This document shows positions 13,833-25,832 of a DNA stretch of 64,000 nucleotides, in pieces. Under the pieces are notes generated by a model that saw nothing but the letters and a program-made list of their open reading frames with translations, was not told the DNA's origin and made no database searches. Source of the stretch: Ramazzottius varieornatus (taxonomy: Eukaryota; Animalia; Tardigrada); contig BDGG01000005.1 in the NCBI GenBank assembly GCA_001949185.1, positions 2,643,972 through 2,707,971 of the forward strand. Reading direction: 5' to 3'. The translations under genes and the position numbers were made by a program. The first letter of the stretch is position 1; every line of letters starts with the position of its first letter.

Positions 13833-15525
13833 ATACCCATCTAAAACAATAAACATGATCTGAAGTCATCAACAAATATTGGTTTTGAGACTGAAAGCCT
13901 CAATCTGGAGATTGGCCGAACTGAACTTTCGGTTTTGTCGGACCTGAAAGTTTAAGGGAAAATCAAAGACTTACGCACGGTTAATGCGCCGCATACGTTA
14001 GTGCGACGGATCGAAAATGCTATTGGTAGTTCAACTGAACGACCAATCAGACTCAGTGGAACGCATGTGAGCCAGCATCGGGCTCAGTTTTTCGACAGGA
14101 TCTGCTGGATCTTCGACTGTTTACCTCGTGGAATTGCTAAATTTCCTCCGAATTTTGATAGTTTTCCAAATAGGAATCCCACCGTTCCAAACGGCCACCC
14201 CTCGGAACGGAATTCCAGGAATGGAATGGAATTTGGAAAGGAAGGAAATTAGGAATTTACAACCTTGTTAGTCACCCTCCGTGCACATCCCGTATTAGAT
14301 GTCTAATACAATCGAAAGCTAATCAAATTCTCTATGTATAAAGCGGAATTTATGATTTTAATTAGTGGTGATTTTTATGAGTATTCATCATAATAGGATC
14401 TTTTTATGGGCGTCTTATACTTAAATGTGATATATATCGTAGCGGTCAGAGGGATAAATGAATAGCATAGTATAAATGTAAACATATTATGATAAAATAG
14501 GTGGGCGAAATCTCTAACAGGTCTGTAAAGCCTGCCCGCTGGCTTAACAAGAACCCTAAAAGGTCGGTCAATGAAGAAGGAATGAACAAGGAATTGCTTC
14601 GTTGTAGACTGGCAGCATTGTTGGCATCGGATCGGACACGCTTTTCCAGCCGGACGGCGCGGTCGTTGTGCACCGTACCCGAGACTTTGGTGTGGCACTA
14701 CGACTGAGTAGGCGAATGGGAGCCGAAAACATGGAACGGCGGGCAACGCAACGAGAGGCACTATATGCGGTAGCCCGTGACGCTCTTCGTTGCGTGAGTG
14801 ATTTGGAGTCCAGTTTGCTGTATATGAATGATAATGTTATGATGGGCTGTGGATGAGTTTTCTTGTTTTCTCCAGGTACCCATGTATTCTGGTTCCCTTG
14901 ATTTTCCATCGTGGGAGTTCTTTCCGGCGTATTGTCGGGTGCTTGGTGCGTTCCCCTTGACGGAAGTGTATCTGTAGAGCGAATTTTAGCGTCGGAAGAC
15001 AGAAAAACGGTAAAGGATCAGAACAAAAAACATCTTATTTCTTACAGCGGCGTACATACACAACTGTAGTACACGGACAAAGGGCAGCAGTAGAGGAAGA
15101 AACTACCGCAAAGGAGGAAAAAACTGCTGAAGGACAGGTACAGAGCACAGAATAAAATAAGCCTATGAAACTAAAATATTTAGGAAAATAAAAACTGAAA
15201 CACAAGAAAATACAGGGTGCGATACAGGGTGCGATCCAGGCCAAATACTTTCTTTTGGGTCTTCGGCAACCTTTTCCCGGAAAAATTTCCTCGGACATAT
15301 TTATTTTTCGAACATTTTCATTTGCAACATCCCGTAATCAATCTTTTCTTGTTACGTTCTTTCCGACATTTTTTCGAACTGTTCATTTTCTTTTCACCGT
15401 AATTTTTTTTAAATAAGAACAGACACAACAAATTACAACTGTGATACAATACAATACACGTTACAATAGCGTAAGCTGATTTGAGCGCACACTCACCACT
15501 CTCCCTTGGTGGGTGGCGCGTCGGG

Positions 15526-16055
15526 CTAGTAGTCCGACTCTCGCGTCGCCTCTGCGATGTTGACATCAGTCTCCTCTTTAGAGAAGCCGTACTGGGAAAG
15601 GTCTCCCAGCCGGTCTTGGTCAAACATGATGAAATATTGGATGCACTTCAACTGGAGGATTGATCCTTTAATGATTGGGGTGTCCTGGCAGCAGTCAGCA
15701 TACCCTGTCTTGACTAGCTGCACGGTAACTCGACGTGAATTCATCCTTGTAGCTAAAGGAGATGGCGAATGAAACAGGTGTTGTTCCTCGTAGTTGTACA
15801 AAGGATTAGAAGCGTTGAATGGAAGGCTTCGAGGCTGAACAGGAGGTACTTCTCTAGTGATGCGTTTTTGAGGGGCATCCAGAGACTGAGCAAGTTTTCT
15901 CCAAGCTAGGAGAGTTGCGATGGTCTTACGGTTTTGCGGGTCGCGCAGGAACTGGCTAACCTGGGACGTTCCCAGGGTGGGGTCACTTGTGTGGTGGCAG
16001 TTGGCATGCCTGCCAGAACTATGCCGACAGCCAAGAGGAACAGGGATGAATGCAT
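15526..16055 (-). pseudogene. Accessory ORF B of the Gypsy element: signal-peptide protein of unknown function, one frameshift
   Basis: MHSSLFLLAVGIVLAGMPTATTQ, then a frame change into QVSQFLRDPQNRK...GYADCCQD...EATRESDY. It ends just before the putative PPT. Confidence 0.55.
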
Positions 16056-16496
16056 GTCGGTAGTGTGATATGATATGCCCAGTTGGTGAGATATAAAGAA
16101 GACTGCGCGATAAGAGGTTATAATCCGATGAGTCAGGAGAACTGCAGAATGAGAAAGGACGACTGCGGTATAAGTAGAGAAAACAAAGGTTCCTTGATGC
16201 TGCGGTAAGCAAAATAATGGATTTGCAGACGATGTAGAACGTGAGGTACATCGAAGTGATTTCAACCAAAAGCTGCGTCGGTCGGCACAAACGGGAAGGG
16301 CAATCAGGTAATAAGTCTGAAGTGTGTTGTTGTTTTTTAGTTTTGAGTGTTGACGACGTCGTGCTCGTCAAAAAGAAACATGTGATGCTGGGTATAAGTG
16401 ACTATCAGGTCGTAGTCGGTAAGGGAAAGATAAATGATAGATGATTGACTGCCGGTTGGTCGGTTAGAGATGTAAACCGGCCATTGGACAGGTAGC

Positions 16497-17186
16497 TCAG
16501 AGCAACTGAAGGAGCTCCTCAGGCATGTCGAATGCCGTGAAGAACTCAGCGCTTAGGTCGTGCCATTCAGGCATCATCGTCTCTCGTGGTTGAATGATGA
16601 GACAGGGTAGGAGGTACGTGTTGATGGTCATAGCTTTGACTAGCTGTTGGCCTCGACGAAGTATGTGCGCCGGTCGCGCGTACTGAAGTAAATGATGGTA
16701 ACGCTCGGTGTAGTTGATATTAGGGTCTAGATCAAGGTGGCCTCTATACTGTCTGAAGGTAGTGGAGCTGAAATCAAATTGATCCAGCGCTTCAGGAAGC
16801 CGTGCCAACATGAGGATAGGCCGCTTCAGGATAGACCACGTTGGTGACTGTACCGTCACAGAAGTAGTTGATAATGCTTGGATTGGTACGGAACAGCTGG
16901 GCTTGACCCTGCGTGTGGAAGATCGGAGCGTAGATGTCATACAGTGCCGTCATCCACGTGTTAGTGATGGCGATATCTTGGTGGTGAGTGTGCAGTACTG
17001 ACGGTACATCGGTATCTGCAACAGCGACATTTCGGAAATGGGTGGTTTCACGAAAGACTGAGTCGGTCGGAAACTAGCGCACGCGTCGGTAGGATAGAGG
17101 AAAAGGGAAACCATTAGGAGGGTGAATAGTAGTTGTCGGGTGGGATGCCGGGGTTGGTTGATCGTCCGGCAGTCGTTGATTGTCAT
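16497..17186 (-). pseudogene. Accessory ORF A of the Gypsy element: hydrophobic leader, unknown function, frameshifted
   Basis: MTIND...RQLLFTLLMVSLFLYPTDACAS. An alternative-frame middle (HQDIAITNTWMTALYDIYAPIFH...) joins EALDQFDFSS...MPEELLQLL. Confidence 0.5.
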
Positions 17187-17189
17187 TTG

Positions 17190-20110
17190 TTTAGCGTTTT
17201 GACAACCTCGGTAACCTCTTCGTTTAATTCATTGATTTGCTTCCTTGCTGGCTTCATCGGCGCAACATTCGGTGGCGCTGTCGATGGTAGCCCGTAGGAG
17301 TTGTTGTTGGTGGTAACTGGTGGTGGCCTGGTGAGGTTTCCTGAGGCATTGTCGTTCAGGGAGACCTGATCGTAATCGAAGTCAACTTGACTAGTGCGTG
17401 TGTCGAATCGTACCTTCGGAGACTTGCGTCGTGAGAATATTTTCCATGACTTGGAACGAGTTGTCAGCAGTGGCGCGGTGGATCTTGCTGTGGATCCGGG
17501 CGTGGAGTCGTTGTAGATGGAGTTAGACTCGGTAGGATGGTGCTGTTTTGGTTTCTTCTTAGGGCAGCGGCACGTCAGACAGCTGCGCAGAGTTTTCCAG
17601 CCACAGCATTTGACTATGATTAGGCCTACGATGACAATCGGAGCGAATACGAAGAGAACTATCTAGACATTTCTGAGAGAAGACACGAATCTCTCGATTG
17701 CCCCTTCGCCGATTACTGCAACGGTGTTTGTCTGTTCGCTGTCCTGTCGCTGAACGTGTCAATCAGGGAAGGGATTCCGGAATTTTCCATGATTGCTGAT
17801 AGCTCGCCGAGAAGGTCAAAGTAGCTGCGATCAGATGGCTCGTGCCAATTGGCCAACGACTGCATTGCAGTCGAGTCAGCCTCCATCTTGAACATGGCTG
17901 CCAAGTGATCATGGCTAATGGATATTGTTTGTTTGGCCTTCTGCCAGTCATGAGCATTTTCTTTGCATTCCATTATTTGATCGCCAACTGTCGTAAAGAG
18001 GCCACCGTGTAGGCAGGGAACGAAGGGATTGATCAGAGTGTAGCCACCAAGACTTAGAGAGGAGTTGAGGACGAACGGTTCCATTCCACACTTGGTCTTC
18101 TTAGCACTGATATCTGTGGTTACTTTCTGACACTGGTACAAAAGGGCTTGTGACGTCCCGTATGCCGTGATAGAATGGCAATCGTTTAGACCAATGAGTT
18201 TTGCGGCACGGACCCCTGACTGCTTCGCCATCATGGACAGGACGGCTGCTTTGTTGAAGCGGGATTGACAGTCCAAGTTGTGGACTTCATTATTCACAAC
18301 GTTGGAAATCTGGACTTGGTTACCGCGTAGGTACTGTAGGTGTGATATCAGGAACTCTTGGCGAAGATCACCAGAGGCTGCATACGGGAATACTTCCTCC
18401 ACGTCGGTATCGCTTGACTGGCGTAGTCGGTTCAGAAAGCCGACCTTGCTTTGTGCTCGCAATCCGGATTTTGACTGCTGCTGAGCTGGCTGAATAAACG
18501 GTGGCTGAATCTGTGGTAACACCAAGGGTAGAGCTACGGGTGGCTCAGGTTTACTTGGTGGGATGAATATAGGCTCGTGTTGCGGTGGTAGTACTTGCAT
18601 CTGCTTTGGTGCTTGCATGTAACGTGGGCCGTCGTAGAAGCTTTGATGATTGCGAGCGGCTTTGCTGATTCTATAACCGTCAGGATCATACTGTCTTCGG
18701 ACATCCGCCCGGAACTGGTTTTCAGTCTCGAGGTTGTCCTGCTCTTTTTGCAGCTGCTCCTGAAGGAGCCTTTCATCTTCCGTTCGAGTCCATTCCCCTT
18801 GCAGTCGGTGCTGCTCTAACCGGTCTTCGTACTCGGTTAGTTGTTCAGGAGTCAGGTGTTGCATGTTCGGAGGCTGAGGTGTCGTCTCTTGGTGTTGAGC
18901 GGGTCTTGACTCTATTCGCTCATTTGGTAGCGTTTGCGACAATGTCTGTGGTGGCGGTCGTTGTGGCAGGTTGACAGGGACCGGCACTGGTTGCGAAGTA
19001 CTGGTAATGTTGATTGGTCGTTGGTTTATGACTTGCTCCGTCGTTACGTTGATAATCGGTGGCATGACCATTTCAGGCATGACTCTTTTGGGTTCGGAAA
19101 TGTTGGTGGGGGTGCCTCTTCGCTGTTCTCCCAAGTCTACGTAGTTCGTACGGAGACTTGGGTCCAACCCATCTTGGACGGGAGGTTGGTTTTGCGCGAG
19201 GCTGTTGGGATTGACGTCTATATCGACTTGCGACCAGATCTAGGACGTCATCGTGCTCTTCTGATGTGTAGGTGAAGTTGCGGAGGACGTCGGAGAATCC
19301 TTTGACGACGTGACGCATGTCGACGAGCGTAGTACAGTTAGTTTACTGAGCTTGTTCAAATAGGATAAATTCAACTTACTTAGTAGGGTCCCGTAGACGA
19401 AGACGGGTCTTTTCGAGTTTGTACATAGTACCAGAACCGTTGGCGACAAGCTGGTACTCGCATTGTTTCTTCTTGGGCGATTGGTCAATCGCGTTCCATA
19501 TCACGGTCATGTGATTCTTGCTCGCATAACCTTTGTTGCGGTCGGCACCGAGCTCACCGAAAAACGAGATGATGAGTTCTTTCGGACCGCTCTGAGTGAG
19601 GACTGTATGTAGGTCAACAAGACAGTTCCAAACAGAGTTCTTCGTAGTGGCCATCCAGGAGTATTCACGGGAAGGCGGCCTGGTAAAGGCGTACGTCTCG
19701 GAATTCGGTAAGCGAACCATAGGGTTCCCGTTGCAGGAAAGCGTTTGAGCCATTCGCTTACAGTCTGCATCAGAGAGATCGACTGGGCCGGACGAAGGTA
19801 TCGTATCTGTGGCACCCCAGAAGGATTTGTAGGTTTCAATCTGTTGCAGCGTAGCTTTGCAGGTTGTTCCGATAAAGTACTGAGCGTCCTTTTTCATGGC
19901 GTAGATGGACGCCCAGCACTTTATCGGAACAACCTGCTTAGGCTCTGGCGCCAGCTTTTCACATGTAGTATAGGTGGCTGAATCCAGAAGGCCCAAAAAG
20001 TGTTGATTTTTGCAATTGCAGATGTCTGCCTGAATAGTAAAGGCCGTAGGCAGCATAATGAAACACAGTACGAATGTGAGCCAAGCAGGGAGGTGGTGCA
20101 TGGCATTCAT
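17190..20110 (-). pseudogene. env-like viral fusion glycoprotein (class III-like), with in-frame stops and frameshifts
   Basis: Signal peptide LPAWLTFVLCFIMLPTAFT; GTTC...YKSFWG...DLSDADCKRM...FTRPPSREYSWMAT...WNC; furin site RYRR (19214-19225); HLQY...NEVHNLDC...GVRAAKLIGLNDC...YQC; TM IVLFVFAPIVIVGLIIV (17612-17662) followed by KCCG...SCLTCRC. Confidence 0.8.
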
Positions 20111-20401
20111 CTGGCGTGGTGGTTTTGTACGGGTTGATCGGCGAACCCTTGCAGCCGACTGGGTTTGGTCCTGGAGGTCTTCGAGGCCCTCGTCGGACTT
20201 TAACATGTTGTCAGCGCTAAGGCCCGATAACATTCGGTTTCCTCGTTGTTTCTAGCTCTTTAGTACCTTGACCGCCTTGACCAAAGACGTTGTTTGCGGA
20301 TGAGTTCTCTGTCCGGATTGGCTTGGGCTGCCCTCCCGCTCAGATTTAGGAGGGTTTGCCGAGTTAGAAACGCTGCGGTATTTGCGTAGGATGGGAGGGT
20401 C

Positions 20402-23400
20402 TTAAATTGTTTCCAACCTAGGTCGAGGAGTTGCTTCCCGAGTGGTGGCTGCTTGCGGTGTCACCGGGCGAGGATCGGGAATCCTGAGAGGAGGCGGCAT
20501 GGCCTTCGATGCGATGTTCGACCTTCTTGGTGGAGTACGAACCCGTGGGTTGTCCAAGCTGGACTTCGGAAGTGTCTCGTCGGTTGTGGACTTGCTAGAG
20601 CGAGCAATCGTGATAGGTAGTTGCAACGTGTTGGGTCGGGTTGTAGGGTTTGTACGAGTAGGAGGTGGTTCGACTGTCGTTCCAGCAGACGTTATATAGT
20701 CGTCCTCTTCGGCGTCGTCGTCGTGTTGCTCGTTGAGTTTTGCAGTTGTAGCATTCCGCGATACTTGTGTAGCTAGTATTAGACGGTCATTCGCTGGAAC
20801 TGCTTCGTCATCAGAACTCTCAATGACTCTGAATTCTCTAGGGTGAAGTTCGTCGAAATCAGGTTCTTCGAGGTCCTCGTCGCTGCCGTTGCTTCTAACA
20901 TAACGTTTCAAACGAGCTATGCTAACAACGGTGCCCGTGTTTGAACCCGGTCGGTTGTAACTAATGCGGAAGTTGTTAGGACCAGTTTGTTGCAAGATGT
21001 CGTAGGGACCACCCCAATAGTGATGGAATTTGGATCCTACTCCTCTTGACCGCGCGGGCCTGAAGAGTAAAACTTGATCGTTTACTTTGAACGGAGTTCC
21101 CTTACGCTTGGGATTGTTATATGCAAAGTTGTATCGGCGTGACTCTTCCAGGTTAAACTGTGCGTAGGCTCGAATGTCTTCGAGATGCTGGTGTGTGTCA
21201 GCGAGGAAAGGTTCAGCGTAGTCGATCGGAAATGTGGAATCGGAACCGAAAAGACACTCAACCCCATACATAACTTTGTAGGGTGACACTTTGGTTGTTT
21301 CGATAGCTGACGCAATCATGGCGAAAACAGCGTAAGGAACGTGATTCGTCCAGTCCGACTGGGACTCGGCGCAAAGCTTGGTGAGCTGGGAACCCAGCGT
21401 GCGGTGTCGACGCTCAACCACTCCTGTGGTCGTAGGTTTCCACGCCGTGTTCTTCAGATGCTTCATGGCAAGCATTTTGAGCAGATGTTGTGTGATCTGA
21501 CCAGTAAACTCCACTCCCAAGTCCGACGGTACTACACTAAAAAACCCGTAGCGAAGAGCTACTTCCAGGAGGAACTTAGCGAAAGTGAGTGCCGTGTGGC
21601 TGGATGTTGTTTTGGCAACTAGGAAGCCGCTGAACTCGTCGATGCAAGGCAGGATGTAGGTGTTACCGTTAGATGACCTTGTGATGGGTCCGACGGTGTC
21701 GCATACCACCGAGTGCCAGACTCGAGGTACCACATGAATGTGTTGCATGAGTCCGTATTTCTCTGATCGACCAGGATTACGGGTCTGGCATGTGTGGCAA
21801 CTACCTACATATTGACGGATGTTGCGAGCCATGCCTTTCCAATAGAAGCGCTTATGGATAACTTCAAGGCACTTTTTGAAACCCAAATGGGCCAACCCGG
21901 TACGGTGGTCATGGACGGTCTCACAGACTTGTGTCCATAGTGTTTTCGGAAGGACTAGGTGCTGAATCCTATATCCCCATTGGTCGTTGGAAACGTGGTA
22001 GAGGATCCCGTTGTCGATGGTGAACATCTGGGCGAGACGTTGGACTCGTTCTGTTGTGTCCTGTGACTCTGTCGATGAGAATTCAATAATCGGTTTACAG
22101 AAGGGGTCCGTCAACTGTTCAGACGCAATATCCAGTGTTTGTAAGTCGAGCTGAGCGGACAGGTATAGAAGCGGGAACTCAGCAGGTTCGGTGCTATCCG
22201 GCGGAACGTCACCGATGGCATTGAGGCTGAAAGCTTCAGCATCTTTGTGCTTCGAACCCGAGCGATGGATATAAATAAACTGAAATTCGGACAACCGGAT
22301 GGACCAACGCTGGAGCTTCGCGTTTTGCGTTTTGAGGTTATTAATGGAGGTTAGGGAGATGTGGTCGGTGTAGACTACAACTCGTCTCCCAAGAATGTAC
22401 TTGCGCCACCGATCCGCGCAGTACAAGATGCCCAAGGCTTCACGTTCCGTAGTTGAAAGGTTTTGCTCAGGGCGGGAGAACTTGCGAGAGCAATACGCAA
22501 CCGGGTGAAAGTACTTGTCTGTACTTTTAAATTTCTGTAGAAGAACTCCTCCACAGCTGGAGTTACTCGCATCTACGTGCATGGAGTGCTCTGCTGCTCT
22601 CTCGTCGAAAAACGAGAGAAGAGGAGAAGAACACATCTTTCTCTTCAACTCTGTGAAGGCAGCATCCGCTTCTGGACTCTAGATTAGCTTTTGTGTCTTT
22701 GTGACGTTGGAACCTGCATACATTTGCGTAAGCGGATTAGCGATGCGGGCGAATCCATCGATGAACATTCTGTAGAATGAGAAGAGGCCGAGAAAGGAAC
22801 GGAGTTCGGTTACCGTAACTGGTTTAGGGTAGTCTCTGACAGCCTTTGGTTTGGCAGAGTCTTGGGAAATTCCCGCTTCATTGACGATGAAGCCGAGAAT
22901 CTTTGCCGATGGCATGGCAAACCGTGACTTCTTCACGTTGACTGTAAAGTTTGCTTCCCGTAGACGCTGGAACACACGGCGCAGCTTGGCTAGGTGTTCA
23001 TCGAAAGTTGTGGAGTTAATTGCCAAGTCATCGACGTAGATTGACACGTCGCGGTTCAGCATGTCGCCGGAGAGAGTGTTCATGGTTTGTTGAAAGATGG
23101 AACTAGCGAGGTTTACTCCAAACGGTAATACTTTATACCGAAATTTTCCAGCTTCTGTGATTACGCTAAGCTTGTCGCGCGAATCTTCGTGTACTAGGAT
23201 TTGGTTATATCCTTGTACAAGGTGAATGGTTGTAAAATAGCGGCCTCCACCCATGGAATCAAGGATATCCGATATGAGTAGCATACAGTATTTAGGCTCA
23301 ACTACTACCGTATTAAGACGCCGGTAGTCACCGCACATTCTCCAACTGGGGGGATCGGTGTTCTTTGGGACCAGGACTACTGGGGAGGCCCAAGGACTGC

Positions 23401-24230
23401 GACTAGGTTCGATGAGCCCTTGGTCGATAAGCTTCTTTATTTCTGCGCTGATTATCTCCCGCTCTTTCTGTGGCATCCGGCGCGCAGGCTGCCATATTGG
23501 CTTGGCATTCGCCGTATCGATACGAAGTGGCTCGACGTTAGCTACGCCAATAGGGTGCTCTGCTGAGGGAAAGAGGTCCATGTGTTCTCTCAAGAGCGCT
23601 TTTATGGCGAAAAACTGGTTTGGTTCAAGATGCTTCCCGAAGACCAGGTCTGGATCGACGGCATCTGTCCTCTGGTCAGGATCGTTTTCCACGAGATTTC
23701 CTGCTATGCAGTGTGTCAGCAGGCTGGCTACCTCTGCCGAAGGTCGTTTGTCCCACTTTTCATGCAAAGTGGCGTGATCATTCATCTGGTCACTGTCTTC
23801 CGTGGCGTAGAAGCAGTATGGCTTATCGCATGCGAATATTGTGTCACGTATATATTGTATCATCGTGCAAGACCAAAGATGTGTTTTCCACTGGTCTCGG
23901 TTGACGAACTACTGCTTACAGCCACACTCGAAATTAGGACCAAGGTGTTGTGCTGAAGCTTGTGGGCAGGAGAAGACATGAATGCGGTAGGCAAGCCATG
24001 AAGCATTTGGTGTCCCGCATGCACAGGTGAACAGATCTTTGGTTGACTCCAAGGTAAGAAGAGCCCTGTTTAGCCCAAAGCGAAGGATAGGGTTATCCTT
24101 GAAGAGGGCTAGTTGATCCATGTGATGCTTCGTGACGTTAATAGGAGGATATGTTGGACTCCTGATACACGATACAAACGTAGCGTTGTCCTTCTCGACT
24201 GTCTGTTGATTGGGTAACTGATCAGCGGTT
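20402..24230 (-). pseudogene. Gypsy pol: zinc-finger module, reverse transcriptase, RNase H and integrase (single frame, two premature TAG)
   Basis: RT: PWASPVVLV, CGDYRRLN, LPFG, YVDD. RNase H: VDAS, EREALG, YTDH. Integrase: HDH...HLG...CHTC, CDTVGP, SDLGVEF, VERRHRTL, GPY. The ORFs 23909-24358, 22679-23863 and 20402-22648 share one frame. Confidence 0.93.
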
Positions 24231-25063
24231 CCACCAGGAATCCGCTGAGTCACGGAAGCGTAAGGACGCATGTTCCACAATGTCCCTCGCTGGAATACGT
24301 TGAAGCTTGCAAGCCGTCTCAAACTTCTTGATGAACATACCGATTTCTTCGTCGTCATGGCCGTGGAACAACGGCATTGGAATGTTGATTTTTGTGGCAG
24401 CTATAGCCTCGATGAGGGTATCGGCATCGAGCTTGACTTTCTTCGGTATTTCGTTGCCGTTGTCATCTTCGTCGTCCTGCTGTTCGGTCTTAACTTCATC
24501 GACAGCGTCTGTTTTGGGCAAATTAACGAACAGACCTTTCGCTTCGTCGTTTCGTTTACCTCTTTCTCCCCCTTTTTCTTCATCGTGTCGTTCGATGTCC
24601 TCACTGTTGGCGTTCTTGGCCATTTTATATTATTGTTGTGCGGCTCTGGTTGCTTGAACGTGCTGGTGGTGGTGATGGTCTACCAGATCAGCGTTGATCG
24701 GAGAAATTGGTTGGTCCACGTCGGAGGCAGGTGAATTGATATGTCCTCCTAGTCGGCGGAAGGTGGACGCAACAATTGGCATTGCGTACTCAGTTGCCAA
24801 GCTGTCGGTGGTAGCGGAAGAAGTAGTCGAAGTTGACGACTGTAACGTGTTATAGGCAAGGGTGGTAGTGGCCTCGTTGAGTCGTGATGATCAGATAGAG
24901 TAGGAACTTCGGTATCCGTGTTAGTAACGTGCTTAGTTTTGACGACGGTTACTTCGAAACGTTGTTCTGTTTTCTGTGGTGACGTAGGGACTGACGAAGC
25001 GGTACGAGCTGTACCCTTTTCGGACGATGCTAGTATTGATTCAGATTTCCTTGGCGGAATTAC
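24222..25063 (-). pseudogene. Gypsy gag, N-terminal part only (capsid start); the rest of gag and the protease are missing
   Basis: PLFHGHDDEEIGMFIKKFETAC...ASLRFRDSADSWWN is a typical retrotransposon gag capsid N-terminus. The sequence then jumps into the pol frame, and no D(T/S)G protease motif was seen. Confidence 0.7.
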
Positions 25064-25832
25064 CATCAAAAACGGTAAGATGGTAATGAAGTGCAAGGCA
25101 GATTTGCAAACTGACAACCAGTCGTCGGCCAATCCAACCAGTATGCTACTGTGTTAATTGTAAGATACGAATATCTTGATGAAAATTTTGTTACTCGCAG
25201 GTCAGCTTATTATACGATAGAAAGGTCAGTTTGACGAAAGTAACACGGTAACGTATCAGCGTAGAATGCGCAAAGTAAGATACTGCTAATAGGAAAGTGA
25301 GACACTGCTAGCAGGACAATAAAGATATTGCTATTGTATGCGATTTCGCAAGGCGACGTGAGACGTGCGCGCGAAACCAAATTACCACGGTGGGTTACAG
25401 GAAGCAACGTATGGCCACGTTACAGACGTGCTCACGTTTTTGGTTACGACTATGGTTAGTTTCACGGTAGGCGACGATAAACGTGCACTCGTGTTCGGTT
25501 ACAGCTACCACCAGCTACAGCACAAGGCGACGTTAGACGTGCGCGTGCTTCTCTTTTTAGACCGTGAGTTACAGACAATTTTTTTTTGGGCAAGTTGCTG
25601 CCGGAACAGTGCAAAAAAGCTCGGAAGTAATCAATTTCGAAAGAAAATCGTAATGCTAGGTCTCAAGAGAAGGAAAGGAAAAAAGGAGTCCCGACTGTTA
25701 CTGAACAGTCGGTTTATATACTTTCACAGCGAAGCAGAAGGAAAGAGAAAGTTCTAAAAGTACGTGAAGTGTCCGTGCTGATTCAGCACGAGTGCTTTAT
25801 TACCGAGGTAAGCTCTTTACAGGTCTTTGGTT

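Larger units (their letters stand above)
15491..25145 (-). mobile_element. Ty3/Gypsy retrotransposon (endogenous-retrovirus-like) with gag, pol, env and two accessory ORFs; decayed
   Basis: Domain order gag-RT-RNaseH-integrase-env. A purine-rich tract AAGGGAGAGTGGTGAG is followed by TG at about 15491, and CA-nnn-TGG lies at about 25145. No matching LTR pair was recognised. Confidence 0.9.

Noticed and set aside
25125-25145. Specific tRNA primer-binding site assignment
   Set aside because: TGGTTGGATTGGCCG follows a CA on the minus strand, but I cannot match it confidently to a tRNA 3' end.
25347-25547. Repeated AAGGCGACGTKAGACGTGCGCG as a possible CRISPR-like array
   Set aside because: Only two good copies, no regular spacers and no cas genes; likely LTR-internal repeats.
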